This document shows positions 1 through 14,089 of a stretch of 64,000 nucleotides of DNA, one piece after another. Position 1 is the stretch's first letter, and every line of letters starts with the position of its first letter. Under the pieces are notes generated by a model. The model searched no databases. It saw only the letters and a program-made list of their open reading frames with translations, and was not told the origin of the DNA. The DNA comes from Tubiluchus corallicola (lineage: Eukaryota; Animalia; Priapulida). The DNA lies in the NCBI GenBank assembly GCA_030141605.1, contig JAQGDQ010000439.1, forward strand, positions 62,001-126,000. The letters are read 5' to 3'. A program made the position numbers and the translations under genes.

Positions 1-1756
1 CTTTCAAAAGTGCATGAATGGAAAATGAATTTGTTTCTGTCAAAAGTGCATGAATGTAAAATGAGCTTGTTACTCTTTACATTTCATGTATGGTTACGAA
101 CTTGCTATCCCCAATAGAGTGTGCATAAGAAACTAACTTGTTGCTACGAAGTGCATGCATTAGGAACATACTTGTAACACTTTTTGAGTGCGTACTTGAG
201 AAACGAACTTTTTACTTTCAAAAATGCACGCACGAGAAACGAACTTATTACAGTGCTCTTAAAAATGCAAGCATTGAAAAATGTAGGTACATTTGAACAG
301 TATGACCCTTCAGTACGAGTTTCATGTTCTAGTGGTGAAAATAACAAAATTACAAGTTTCTTCTACTTCGACTAAAACTTAGCGCCTTTCATAAAGTGAT
401 GTTCTTTAATCGCAAAAAGCCAAGCTAACCACTGATTATGGAAAAAGCAGTATAGAGTTATTGTTTAAACGAATTCCGGAGTAAAGGAATTAGTTTGGTT
501 TAGTATTGCTTTACTATGAAAAAAGTCTGTTACATATGCTATGATAAGACTAGTCTTGAAATAATTTAGTGATCCAAATTATATTATTCCAGTCTTCTTT
601 GAGAAAAACATTGCAATGCTGCGTTAGTGCATCAGATGAAAACTAATCTAACTTGCGTAATGCAGACAGATCTTTGATCTTATGTATGAATTTTACCTTT
701 GATCATCTTTTTACAATCATTGGAGCAATAACATTGCATTGCGGTGGGGAGCAAGTTTTGATTTCGCGGACTTTGATGGTGCGTCATACGTTTTTTATAG
801 AATTCTGCAGTCTGAAAGCCTGGATTAAGCACTCAGTGGCTGAACGTATTTAATGCAGGAACCCGGAAGCAATCTGATTATCAAGTATAATCTTCTAAGA
901 CCAGACACCCAGCCAGCAGAGGTGTCTTTGTCGTCTTCATGTGCTACATATCTTCCTTCAACAAGCTAAATAGCAATAGGTAGCATAACAGACGAAACTC
1001 CCCAGAAACAGTTTTCTTGGTGGTCGTCCACTCTTTTATTAGGTAGTCTGTACATTGCTTAACTCTGTTCGCCATCACACACAGTGGACGACTCAGCTAC
1101 TGTCATTGCCCCGATAACTCAGTCTGTTCCGTGCATATTTCTTTTGTTATTGTGAGTTAGTGATGTTGAGCCTAATTGTTGTTGAAAATCGCTTGCAGAA
1201 GGTAATCTGCAAGCGATTTTCAATTGGTAAGCAGAAGATCTTGAGTTCAAGTCCCAAGGGAGGTGCATAATTTAGTATTGCTCTCTTGCTCTTATTGGAT
1301 CAAAACGTTTTAGCAGTTCTGAATGTAATAGTTAAGTTCTTGCTTATTTGTTCGTTGTAAATAAGTAAATATCTCAGTATATCAATACCAGGAAATAGCC
1401 ACATTGTTGCAGGTCTTAATCACAGCACAAGTAATTTGTTTGCTCCTGAATTCAATTATTCTGGACAACAGGAATATATTACACCGTTTTTTTAAATAAA
1501 AAATGCTGTTAGCACCTCAACATTATGTTTTGTAACTTTGTAGTACTGATTTAACCTGTGCGTATCATATGCCCATGCGTTTGTTTTTTAACCTGATGCA
1601 CATTTTGGTACGAACGAACAACATTTTGATTCTATGAATGAAACGTTTTTAGGCTGTATTATCTGTCGTTTTGCCTAATTACATTTTAAATAAGCCGTGC
1701 AGACTTTCATTCTATCATTTCTCAACTTGTCTATAAAAGACTTGTGCTAACACTAA

Positions 1757-1892
1757 TAGAAAACCTAGTGTTGTAATTGTGAATGTCAGATGTTGGCGTA
1801 TACAAATTTAAGAATAACTTACTACCAGAATTGTTTCTAAATTACTATACGCCAGCATTTGACATTCACAGTTACAACACTCTGGGTTTTCT
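1757..1892. repeat. short foldback/MITE-like inverted repeat
   Basis: tagaaaacctagtgttgtaattgtgaatgtcagatgttggcgtata is matched by the downstream reverse complement tatacgccagcatttgacattcacagttacaacactctgggttttcta, with a short AT-rich loop between them. Confidence 0.7.
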
Positions 1893-2279
1893 ACTAGCAG
1901 TTCTTTCTTCATCGAACGCTTTTATACATATAAGGGTCAAAGGTCGTTAAAATATCAGGGATCAATATTATGGAGCTCCCTACCTCATATAACTTCTTTA
2001 CCTCTGCATTCACTAAATAAACAGTACACTAAGGCACTTCTTGAATCTTACGTATAAATCAATTTTTTGTCTATTAGATGTACATTCTTGTGGTAATTTT
2101 TGCTGAAAAACAATTTTTTTATAAGGTGCAAACTCACCTTCTATAATGCTAGATGTCCAATAATGAACTTCTTATATTACAGGCAACAGTCAGCAAAATG
2201 GACATAATGATTTGGCGTAGAAACAATTGTGAGGTATTTTCAATGAGTTGCTTAGTAGTTCATAAATTTGTCACTTAGC

Positions 2280-3070
2280 TATGCAATATGTATGCCTTAC
2301 CAGCTGTACTTACTTTATTGCTTGCTTGTTCAGCTATGCACTGTCTGCATGATGTCCAATTTGCATTGCCGCAATTACACTCGCTGCCAATTTTGATATG
2401 CTTTGCAAATAATTTTTCTTTATTTTAATGCTTATCAGCTTGATTGCTAATACAGACACTTGATAATTTATTGTGCATTTATATATTTTTTGGCCCTTTC
2501 TTAGTACTGCTTAAAAACTTAAGATATTGCTTATTTGTTAAATCAGACAGTTATTTGTTTTCTGCTGTTATGATAATTAAATCTGGATCATAATTTTGTT
2601 ATTTTTCAAATACTAAATTTTTTTGATTAATGTATTGCAATTGTCAGGGCAATTTATCTTGCTTTTTTACCTTTTTTTCTTTCTTTTTGCTATTTGAAAT
2701 TTTATCTTGCAAACGCTGTTTTTCTGAACATTAAAATATTCTCTTTTCTCTTTTGTGTTTTGAACCATATGAATTATGTTTAATGTTTGACTATATTTAG
2801 GAACGACTGATTTTTGGTTTTTGTTTTTTTTTGCTGTTGTTGTATTTTTGTTTTTTGCATTTATGGACGTATATGTATTTTTTAATAATTGTGTTCTGCT
2901 GTCATTAGCGTCTTTTTGTTTACTGTCTTTCTGAGAAGGGTGGTTGACTCGATAACCTTTGGTTTTTCGCCACCATTTCTCGCATGTTCGTTTGTATTTT
3001 TGTGTATTTTATTGTCAAATTATTGTAAATTTATGGAGAAAAATAAAAAATTACTTACTTACTAACTGAC
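2280..3070 (+). mobile_element. probable LINE 3' end/3'UTR remnant
   Basis: T-rich tract ending in AATAAA followed by a (TTAC)n microsatellite tail at about 3042-3070, as in CR1/L2-type 3' ends; the 5' boundary is approximate. Confidence 0.4.
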
Positions 3071-4757
3071 TTGTATTGAGTTAATATCGCGTGTCTAACC
3101 CCGCACTATGTTGTACTCGAAGCTCCTTGCCAAGGATAACTTTCAGCCTCTATAGATAAGGTATGAAATGCTGTGCTGTGATAAAACAGCTGAACAGATA
3201 AAACTATGATGATATAAAACAATGTTTATTATGTTATATGTAAATCTAGTTGTTTCATAAATACGTCGATCGTTTACTAATATGTAATACTAAAACATAT
3301 TTAAGCAGTTTTTGGTAGAACTTAGGCTGCTAGAACGTAGAACATAAAAACGTGAATCGTAACCATGTTGCACGTATTTTAATCCACCAAGGCTGTTCTT
3401 GTTTTTTTCTCAGCTATGCAATATTACTATGTAGAAAGCAGCTTTAGTCTCATCAACACACATTTAATGAGGAAACAAAATTTAGGTTTCTTCGATTTTT
3501 GGGAAAAAATTTTGGTTTCGTTTATATTTTCACTACTTTAATAGCAATAACTGTCTGTTATTGCCATGTTTCCTTGTTTTCATGTTTTCATTATTTTCAT
3601 TATTTCCTTGACAATTATACTAATTTATACACACGTACCCTACGCTTTATTAGCAAGTACCATTTCTATGCCAAATTGTTACAAACAAATAGGCCCTGTG
3701 CTCATTGCTCGTGGCGTCATCTAATCTAGAAGCCTTCATAAAATTAAATGCTACCAACTTGATATGTTTTATTCTCTGAGATCTTGTCGATTACGTCAAT
3801 AACGATATCAGCAAATTATGAATTCTTGCTTTGTGTGCTTCTGTGTGAGGACCGAAACTGCAGCTGATATTGCAGATCAAATTAATGTGGAGAAGCCCAA
3901 GCTTATGGTGTACAGCTTCAATCTACCCACCACACTATTATATTACATGGATAACCATGTAGTCCATTAAGAGGAACAAAACTCCAATGATGCTGCTTTC
4001 TATAGACTGGGCTTCATGGACGAACGATTCATTACTATCAGATGTCTCTTATGACTCAGACCTCTTAGTCCCTATTCATAATTCATAATTGCTTTCACAA
4101 GGGGGTAAGCCCACCAATGCAGACGCGATAAGACTGGAGCAATGCGATTAAAAACATTATTTGAACTACCATAGTGTCTGAATCCATGTTTCTGGTTGTA
4201 TCTATTGCAAAATTGAATTTCTGTGGTCCTTAATGCATTTTGTTAAAAAAGCTAACACGGGTACTTGTATTGTTAAAAGGGACACCGTACTGACTACACA
4301 CAGTCTTGTTATACATGCTAAATTGCTAATTATGCTTTTTATTTACAAGATTCACACTATATTATTGTACGTTATACTGAGTATCTGTAGTACTCTATCT
4401 AGTATTTTCAGTCTAACCACACCGTGAACATAAAGCTTTTCAATCAACACTTAAATGCGTTTAACGATCTTGATCCTATCACAATATTTTACCACTATCA
4501 ATTCAACCCAGAACAAAAACAAGACAAAGGCTTGGTTAAACAGACTCCTTAGCAGTCGGTGACGTCAGCAGTGATTAGTGAGTTAATGATACTGACATGT
4601 CTGTTTGAATATGTGCATAACTAATCAGCATTCGAAAGCTTAATTCAAGTAATGCCTGAATATGATGAAAGCTGCTTAGGTAAACAACTTGCTGATTTTC
4701 CTCGCATGCTACAGGTTCAATATATTCCAGAGATTTAATTTAACAGCAGTTCATCTG

Positions 4758-5122
4758 CAGGGCCGAATTATGACCTTTTGGGACCGGTAAGCTAATTAAA
4801 TTATGGACCCCGCTCAGACAGAGCCACCCTCTAACTTGCTCGCACTCGTCTCGACTATTTTTGACTTGTGATATATATTTCAGCAACATTTACATAACTG
4901 GGGGTCCCATATTTCAAATAAAGGACTTCAAAGATGGGCCCTTGTGTCAAATAAAGGGCCTCAAACAGGGATCCTTTATCTCAAATGAGGAGCCACTTTG
5001 AAATCGGATTTTCAGACTTCCTGGCTTGCTTTTTTTAAAATTGAAATTCTATTTAAGTTACATGAAGTATTTAGGGGCCCTAGACTGCAGCCTATACTAG
5101 CCTATAGGGCAATCCAGCCCTG
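4758..5122. mobile_element. non-autonomous hAT-type MITE
   Basis: TIRs CAGGGCCGAATT ... AATCCAGCCCTG; 8-bp target site duplication TTCATCTG (4750-4757) / TTCATCAG (5123-5130) with one mismatch. Confidence 0.8.
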
Positions 5123-5218
5123 TTCATCAGTACAAACAGTTTTACTTCATCAGCAAAAACATTTTTTGCAAAACTTGTACAAGTACTAACAGATACTGTT
5201 CTATAGTTTCTGAGATAG

Positions 5219-5686
5219 GCAATCGCGATGCAGTATAGCGCACCCACCAAGCAATCACGATGCAGTATAGCGCACCCACCAAGCAATCACGATGCAGTAT
5301 AGCGCACCGACCAAGCAATCACGATGCAGTATAGCGCACCGACCAAGCAATCACGATGCAGTATAGCGCACCCACCAAGCAATCACGATGCAGTATAGCG
5401 CACCGACCAAGCAATCACGATGCAGTATAGCGCACCCACCAAGCAATCACGATGCAGTATAGCGCACCCACCAAGCAATCACGATGCAGTATAGCGCACC
5501 CACCAAGCAATCACGTATGCAGTATAGCGGACCCACCAAGCAATCACGATGCAGTATAGCGCACCCACCAAGCAATCACGATGCAGTATAGCGCACCCAC
5601 CAAGCAATCACGATGCAGTATAGCGCACCCACCAAGCAATCACGTATGCAGTATAGCGCACCCACCAAGCAATCACGATGCAGTAT
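5219..5686. repeat. 32-bp minisatellite, about 14.5 copies
   Basis: Unit GCAATCACGATGCAGTATAGCGCACCCACCAA repeated head-to-tail with few variants (CCC/CCG, one-base T insertion) and no spacers. Confidence 0.95.
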
Positions 5687-5973
5687 CTGAGACCGTGAAT
5701 ATCTATCTAAAGACGTGATCTCGAGCTCTGCACGTCTAGCTGAGCCATGGAGCTATTGGGAATACGTAAATTTCGTATAAAGGAGGTTTCCTCTTAATTT
5801 CTATCATTGTTTTTGTGTGAGACGTCACCAGGAAACTCTGGTGGGTGATCGAACCGTAGCCTTCCTGGCATGACCAATTTCGGCAATCAATGCTTTTGTG
5901 TTAGTGTTTGCTCACCAAGCCGTGTCTCTATAAACTATCAGGACGCTGTTCGTGCAGAATAAAAATCACTTAC

Positions 5974-6045
5974 CCGAATTCGTCTCATTGCTGCAACTAT
6001 CTCCACGCGATTTGTTGGTCGGGGAACTTCCAAACTACCAATGTA
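5974..6045 (-). CDS. NOS1AP: CAPON/NOS1AP-like PTB-domain adaptor, coding exon 2
   Basis: 72-nt exon flanked by AG and GTAAGT encodes [24 protein letters not shown], matching the start of the CAPON PTB domain ([24 protein letters not shown]); phase-0 join to the exon at 14567-14689. Absent from the ORF track. Confidence 0.93.
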
Positions 6046-7759
6046 CTGAAATTTATACAAGGCAAAACGTTGTCGTTATAAAATAGCTTATAAAAACAAA
6101 AAATGGAATATTTCACAATATTTCTTAAAGTTAAACACTAATAATAATTATTTACGATATTTATATATTTATAATGAAGCAGTATATGATGGTTAGTATT
6201 CCAAACGACGTGTTTTTGTAAAACCTGGTGTAGACAAATCAGTTTTCCTTATCAAGTTGTCTTGCTGAGGAATTAAAGGAAGACATAACCCAATCTTAGA
6301 CTGCAGGTTAAAACAATCTACTTTCTAAACTATTGAAAGAGAACATACTATTATTGCTAAAATTACTGGTTTGAAAATAAATTAGCTACTTATAAGCCGG
6401 ATAACAAAAATGAAAAAAAGATGATGTGGTGGGACGCCTCATTTGCCTTTAGACGGAAATTACACCCTTTCCTGATTCCTGAAAATGTGAAAAAATTTTG
6501 GACAGTCTAGGACCTGTTTAAATACTAGTAATGCTAAGCAAGCTAATGTTACTTTTTATAAAAGCAAATGTATAAATTAAAATACATTGTTCAAAAATGT
6601 ATGTTTCGTTGAACTATTTAATTCAAATGACTATTCTCTGTCTGAAAAAAATGTCCTATAATATTTCCATATAACTTCTATTTCTGACAGCCTTTGGCAA
6701 GTTATTTTAATTTCGCGAAAAGCTCATTTCGCCGCGTAGAGATCGTCCAGCGTTAAAATGACGAAATTTGCATACGGTAATTTTGCAACTCGATTTTCGC
6801 CCAACAAATTGCAACATTATGCATGTCAGCCTCCGTTGTCTCACCACCTGATAAAACTGACTCGTTCGAACACGGCTTTCATCAAGCGTGCCAGTTTTAA
6901 CTGTTATAATATCATAACTTACTACTAACAAACTTTTTGTACGGCTTGAATTGCACACCCAAAATCTGTGTACGCTAACCATATTTCATTACTGTTTTGT
7001 GACCTGTTATGCATGCCTGCTAATGATGACTGCTTTTGATACGCAATGCATGTAAGCACGACGAAAAACAAATAAACTGAACAGAATGGAAGTTTATGGC
7101 TATTCGTCAAAAACTACTCTTGTGTTAAAATGGCATTTCCTAATTTTTCACAGATGACCAACACAAGGAAAGGCATGCCAGAAACGCTCACGTTAGTCCA
7201 ACTTCCGATATGATTATTGAAGAGAACTGAGGTTACGCTGCTTACGCAACTACCCGAGTGTGTGTGCACTTACTCTCTGCTATATAAATATGCAAGAAAG
7301 ACAACTTAAGAAAGACTATATTAACAAAATGACACAAAAAGTGAAGTACGTATTACGAATTTCTCAGTCTATTCTTGCACACACTGAACTGTCGAATAGG
7401 CAAGGATCAGCTGTGAGTTTACTTTGTTCAGATAATAAATTTCCTTTAAGGTGCTCTGATTTCTAGAGGTAGCCAAGAAAAGTTAAGGTAAATGGATAAT
7501 TGAGTTACTGGGCTTAACTATCTGAGGAAATCTTAAACCATCAGAAGAGAGTGATGGATAAAATTACTAATGTGTGCATGTAACAGGTTTGTAATTTGAT
7601 CAAGAGCCTACAAAATGGAAGCTAAACGGATTGGGGACTAGTTTTTATATAATTATCAAAGGCTAATATACTTGTTATAGATAAACGCAATTCTGCAAAG
7701 CAATGTTAAAATATTAACAATGTTTGAAACTATACATGTACACTGTTGATATGAATGGG

Positions 7760-8066
7760 TGTGCCAAAAGAAATGTACAGTGCAATGGAAATATGACACA
7801 CATGACAAAATTAACCTGGACTTGTGATTATGATGTAAAAATAATAATCATATTATATCCAATTTTCTTAGTCTGTAACCTGGTATGACCGTACTTATTC
7901 GCTTTGTGTGGTGCGCCAAAAAGGAATGTACAGTGCAATGGAAATATGACATACATGACAAAATTAACGTGGACTTGTGATTATGACTTAAAAATAATAT
8001 TCATATTATATCCAATTTTCTTAGTCTGTAATCTGGTATGACCGCACTTATTCGCTTTGTGTGGTG
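7760..8066. repeat. tandem duplication of an approximately 153-bp unit
   Basis: The segment gccaaaagaaatgtacagtgcaatgg...cttattcgctttgtgtggtg occurs twice head-to-tail with scattered substitutions. Confidence 0.9.
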
Positions 8067-8526
8067 TAACATTAAAAAGCTTAAAGCGTCTGTTACTACA
8101 TTGTTTCTTTTGGACATCTTGTACGGTAGAAAAAGATCGAAATCTGTGTGTATACAGTTATTACGTAATGGCTAAAATTTTAAAGAATAATTTTCTTTAA
8201 TTACTCACTACAACCAGAAGCGGCTGTAGGTTAGCCTATTTTTACAGTTTATGCTTTCCTCGTCTGCAATGGATTATTCCGTGGTTGCTAATGAGAGAAA
8301 ACATATCCACGCCATTTGTTACTACATACCTTCAAACCACAAGGTTTTCAGCACCCTGGTCTAATAATGACCTCAATTTAGGTTTGTAATATTTGTCATC
8401 TACTCATGAAGCCATTTATATTTGTCGGCGGCATCATGCGATCAACGACGAAAAATCGTGGCGTTTCACGTGCGCATGCGCAGCTTGTTCGAAATACAAG
8501 TCAGCATTTTTATGTTGCAGGATACC

Positions 8527-8934
8527 CATGGCCGTAGTCGGCTTTTGAAAAGTGGTCCGGCCACAGATACGGAACAGGTAGAAAAAGAATACAGCAGCAA
8601 CTTATAGAAGAGTATATTATAATTTATAATACAGAGTTATAATATAATAGAGCACTACACATACTCAATGATGACATGATTGATTAAAACTTCCAAACAC
8701 ACATCTGCGCCGCTCATTTCTAGCAGTAAACTCGTTCGCAATTTCCTTCAGGTCGAGAGCGTCTGTTCTATCCATATGTACATGCAAAGTCATGAGATTG
8801 TTCAATCTAGTTTGCGTCATCGTACTCTGCAAATAAGTTTTTACTCTACGCAGGGGTGAGAATGTCTAGGCACGTATGGCAGAAAAAGTGGTCCGGCCAT
8901 GGCCGGACCGGCCGGACCGCCGACTACGGCCTTG
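8527..8934 (-). mobile_element. internally deleted hAT transposon retaining the C-terminal dimerization domain
   Basis: TIRs CATGGCCGTAGTCGGC / GCCGACTACGGCCTTG; minus strand about 8861-8684 reads FSPLRRVKTYLQSTMTQTRLNNLMTLHVHMDRTDALDLKEIANEFTARNERRRCVFGSF*, a hAT dimerization (ZMYM/Tip100-like) motif. Confidence 0.88.
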
Positions 8935-10379
8935 ATACCATGGCTTGTTTTCCTTCAAATGCCGTGATTTCAATACTTAACGTGCAAATTAAAACGTAAC
9001 AGTACATAGTATTACGTAAAATTCTTTAAATTTATAAAACAAGCTTAACTAAAGTCATCAAAATAATAACAACGATAATAACAACATTTCAAAAATCGCT
9101 GTATTGGTTTTTCTAAGTTTGCTTTATAAAGTAAATATGTATTTTTTGTATTTTTTTGTTAAGTAGGCTTTAAATGCTAAACTACAAATACTGATGTAAA
9201 TTTCTATTAGTATTACATAAAAGCTTATAAATTATCTGCGTTGTTTGATTGCGTACCTTAATTTATGATTATTTGCCTTGGGTCTCACACAAGGTGTGGC
9301 AGTTATCTAATTATTATTAAGGATGTTATTGGTTACTAGCATATGACACATGGGGATGCATATACATTTTCTGTCAAATGACGTATATATAGTCTTATAA
9401 TTATTATTTTCTCCGCGTCTTTGCCTACCAGGATTTTACCACACGCTTTTATTCACATTAATCTTCTTCACCATATCAGCATGTTATTGGTTTTACACGG
9501 CAAAGCACTCTGTTCAGTCATATTACGTATTGCATGCATATTTACTTTTGTTAAAATGCCACAGAGCGGTCTCATGTGAATAATATCAGTTCTTCTGTCA
9601 ACACAGCAGAATTTTACTCGTTTAAATAAACAGAAGGACTGATTAAATCTAGTGAATGGTTACTCAGGGATCAGAGTAAAAGACTTCACGAACGCCAACA
9701 AAATTTATGACTGTATCATGGATCAAGCTTCAATGATAAATGTACTGCGCATGCAAAAAGCATTAGGATTCAGGAACTGAGTAAATAATCATTGGCTAAC
9801 GAAGTTTCTATGACCTTATTTGGACATAATGGACAAAAGCCTTAATTTAGATATTTCATTAAAATGAATCACGTTATAGCGCCATTCCGATTTGGAGAAG
9901 CTGCAAATACGTGCGATTTGCACAAAAAGAAAAAATTAAACATTTGGGCGTGATGAACCTGACTTTTTATAAGAACATGGAACAATGTGAACGTTAGCAG
10001 GTTACTGAGGGAAAATTTACCAATGCGAATGTATCTTTTGATAACGCGCACATCATATGAACTGTTTCTAAAATGCCTCAGAACTACGACGTCTATACTT
10101 ACAACATGATAACCAGTCAAACCAACTCGATCTTTGGCTGAGGTCAAGGTCAAGGGTAATCGATGCTACCATATCACCTACTGTCAATGGCTGTTTGTCA
10201 GGATTTTAGTCTAGTCCCATTTTCATAAAAGTGGAACCCTAGAGGCGTTTTTTGGCAAAATAACCAGTCCGAAAAACGCCGTTGCCAGCTCAAAAAATTA
10301 GCGAAAGAGGTTAAAAACGCAAAAAACAGCCGCCAAGTTTTTACACATACAACGTTCATTAAGAGAAATTTTCAGAAAA

Positions 10380-10800
10380 TTAAAATTAAGAAGCCATTAC
10401 ATCTGTTCCAGGGTAGATGGACCCGAGGAACCCATTTCTGTCATTTTCATTTCATTTCATTTTAAAATGGCAGCCTCGCGATAACGAAATAATGCCGATC
10501 AAGCAGTTAACCGTTTCATCATAAGATTCATTATACAAATAAAATATAATCAACTGGATCTTCTTGAATCCAGAAAGCTGCTACTTACCCTAAAATAATG
10601 CAATATGACAACTTTGGTATTAGGTTAAAAATATAGTCAAAATATAGGTTAGTTTTTCAGTTTCAAGGAATCAATTTCTGATGCCCAGAAACACCTATAA
10701 CATCACCTCAGGTAGGATATCAAGATGGCTGCCAAAATATTTGTAGCCGCTTGTGTAATATATTAGTTATATTGCCTGAACTAAGGTAAATGGGACGATG
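10380..10800. mobile_element. DNA-transposon-like repeat fragment (caagatggc family)
   Basis: Shares the block tataggtt...ttcaagg...tctgatgc...cctataa...caagatggc with 59190-59280; boundaries approximate. Confidence 0.5.
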
Positions 10801-13289
10801 ATATTAATATATTAGGAAGATACATTTTTGCTTAAGATCCAGTCATGACAGGCGATTAAAGTTTCCTTGCGTTCGACTAGGAATTAAATTTTGTTACCTG
10901 CCGCAGAACAGTAATTAAAAGGAAACTGGCAAACATCAAGGTAACTGAACGTGTCTATGAATAAATACATTGATGAACGCCTCTTTCCAACCTCCGCTAT
11001 AATGTCGAAATTAGAAAGGTCCAAGAATCCATATTTGTCCACTAGTCGCTTTTCAAATTATAAGAAAGGTACTGTTGGATGCTGCGTCACTGTTACTGCG
11101 GGTTATCGATTAACAAATTGCTGAGTGGCAGTGTTCACGATATGTGTGTTTAGCGACCAAAGTTAGACAACATTGTGCCTGGTTAGAAGGTAGATGAATA
11201 CAACCAGGAAAATCGCTTCAGGGCATGTTCACTTCCACACCGTCTTCGGGTATTTTCTCACTGACTGAGGATACATATCTGAGCGTGAATAAAACGTATG
11301 CCCCTTCTTTCTCTTAGAGGGAGGAATATTGATAGCGATTTATGTTCTCCTTTCGCTACAACCATCAGTTACGCAGTAAGTAAGCCATTCCGTTGAGTGC
11401 AGGATACCGACTTGCACAGTACCGAATCACTAAAAGCTTGCATTGTTAAGTTTTTGAAAACAGTACTAAGCTGCCTAACAGGCATCTTTATCGATTATTA
11501 AGCCTGAACTAGTGATGTTGCCGGCACAGTAACAAAATTTACCCTGTTATAGTGTTCTAAAATTGTTACCCATAACCCATGGATTGCTACTTATAGTGAC
11601 TCTACACTCTTGCTATAGTTGGCTTACAGACATCTTGTTTGACGTTCTGGTTCGTGGGTGCCCTTAAAACTGCTGAAATGCGATGTTGATTAAATTATGC
11701 GGCTCGATTTGTTTGCAATGAAGCCCTGGATTTAACGCTCATCGATCTGCGAGAGGACAATCCGCTAGATAAAGTGATAAAGAATCTGCTCAAGGATTTA
11801 TGTGCTTAATTAAAAACGGCGAAATTGAAAGACATTTCAAAAGCCTTTGCCTCGACTTGCTTGCGTTGCTAATGCACTCAGATGTGTTGACGCAAATTTT
11901 TCGTCTTCAGCCAAAAGGAGCAAGTTTTCAAGGTGTCTAGATCTATCAAAAGCTTGTTAAGGAATTTTAAGTTTCCGACTTTGGGACTATACTGCCCGAA
12001 CTAGGATCCGTTTAGTTTTGCAGTCTAGAAAGTGTCTCAGGTTTTGAACAACTCTCGTATAGCTGCAGTAGGAAACTGATACTTTTGAAATCATGAGCTT
12101 CAGAATTCATGCTAAATGTTCAACGGTTTTTATCCTTAATTAGTGACTAATTGCTAATGCCACTGTCTTTCTAACCCTAATTTAATGGTGCTTGTTTATA
12201 AAAATCTGTTGATTAATTGTAAAGTTCTGAGCAGGTAAAGGATGAAAAATTCTTCAAATGATGCTAAGGCGTTCATCATAAGGACTTGATGCCCCGACCA
12301 GAAGCCATCGTAGATTACTTCAAATAGAGAACTTCAAGTCTCAGACATCGTTTGTTATCGCAATAGGTTAGATCCAGCGCGTTTTAAGGCGCCCAAGGAA
12401 CGAAATTTGTGTGAATTAAGGTTAATATTATCAATTACTGATAAAAATTGATTAGTGATCGTCGATCCATTATTTGATTTTCTGATAGATACGCTTCTCC
12501 ATCAAATCTTATTCTTCCTACGCAAAAGAGCATTTTCGTTCCTAGATGCCTTGCCCTACTGATTTCAGATTAATTACTGATCCTACATTACTAATAAAAA
12601 ACTGCAGGAATTGCTCTATGTGATTTACAGAGAAATCCGTTGCAGGGTTTTAGCAGCGTCAAAAAATCTGTCCATCACAACAGCTCGTTTTTTGCATGAA
12701 ACTTGGTAATGAGCAATAATGAGTCAGTCACTAAATGGACGGTTGTGCAGGGTACACCCGAATTTATTATTTTCAAAGGTTCTTAACAAAGCGTATTTTA
12801 GAAAGTTAACAATTCTACACGACATACTGCATTACTCATCTTATTAAGTTAATCAGTAACTTTTTCATTGTAAGCTAGGCATCCACTTAGCAGTTCGCTA
12901 TTAGTATATGCACATATATTTTAATGAAACGTTTGCTGACTCGTAATGTAATTGTAAACATGAAAAGCGTATTGCTTGAAATTGCATGAACCTAACTGAA
13001 TTTTGCTCATCAATTATTAACTTTCCCGTAGAGCTAATTAGTTGACGTGATGAATAATACAAAAGAAAATTAAACGAGCTTGCGGATTTGTCATAAACAT
13101 TGGCGTTTTAAAAGCAGAATTGTAAGTTTGCATGGGACAGTTCCTTGGGCGTTTCTAGAATGTTAATAATTAAATAAAATAAAAGTAAATGATAATGGCA
13201 AAAAGCATAGCGCGCATCGTCACAGTTTTTTATACGCAACAGTTTCTTGTTTTCAACGAACAACCATAAAGTTTTTAGGTGGAAACTTA

Positions 13290-13718
13290 TTAAGAAAACG
13301 TTAGGAATATTAAAAATAGAAAGGCTTTGTCAAAATTTAGAATAAGTGCTCATTGTTTGGCTATTGAGACTCGTAGATATATAAGAGATATTTCACCTGT
13401 TCCATGTGAAAAACGAGTTTGTAGTGTTTGCAATGTTGATGAAGATGAAAGCCATTTTTATTGTACTGTTCAAAGCGTAAAATTGCACGTAACTTTATGC
13501 TGATCGCAGTTTCACAGTAAGATGCTACTTTTAATGCTTTAACTGAAAATGAAAATGATAAACTGTTTTGTCTGAGGCCGCCACAAAACACTGCAATGTA
13601 CAGTGACAAACTTTACCCGAACATGCATGTAAACTATTGTTCTGATATTTGTTTGCTGTTGTTCTGATCGGGGCCGTATGCAAATAAACTGTCTATCTAT
13701 CTACCTATCTATCTATCT
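13290..13718 (+). mobile_element. LINE 3' fragment with degenerate zinc-finger region and (ATCT)n tail
   Basis: Degenerate reading IETRRY...CEKRVCSVCNVDEDESHFLLYC, then AATAAA at about 13683 and a tctatctatctacctatctatc tail. Confidence 0.7.
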
Positions 13719-13850
13719 AAAAACACAAGCTTTGTGAAAGAGCACGTATAAATTAAGGGGCGAAAACGATACGTTTTGTGGTTATCAGTTTTTATATCAA
13801 ATATATAAAACAAAATTTAACGAAAGCATCTAATGTGAATTAACTGATTA

Positions 13851-14089
13851 CAGCACACGGAGGGGCTAGGAGCTACAGTAAAATTTAAGCAGCACAGGAC
13901 GGCGTTAGGAGTTACAGTAAAATTTAAGCAGCACACGGACGGCGTTAGGAGTTACAGTAAAATTTAAGCAGCACACGGACGGCGTTAGGAGTTACAGTAA
14001 AATTTAAACAGCACACAGAGGGGCTAGGAGTTACATTAAAATTTAAATAGCTCGCGGGGGGAGTTAGGAGCTACCGTAAAATATAAACC
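13851..14089. repeat. 40-bp minisatellite, about 6 copies
   Basis: Unit AGCACACGGACGGCGTTAGGAGTTACAGTAAAATTTAAGC; outer copies are more diverged. Confidence 0.9.

Noticed and set aside
1225-1270. tRNA-like segment as a tRNA gene (similar cases near 20190, 32375 and 42955)
   Set aside because: Only box-B/T-arm similarity with no complete cloverleaf; these are best read as SINE heads.
2132-2240. Minus-strand GTGAGT donor as a further CAPON coding exon
   Set aside because: The upstream sequence does not encode the expected YEFK...KKKKV continuation, and the frame I read contains a stop.
5219-5686. 32-bp repeat array as a CRISPR array
   Set aside because: Units are contiguous with no unique spacers, there are no cas genes, and the context is a eukaryotic intron.
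11600-12150. Coding-like composition in the large CAPON intron
   Set aside because: The frames I tried contain stops and no recognisable domain.
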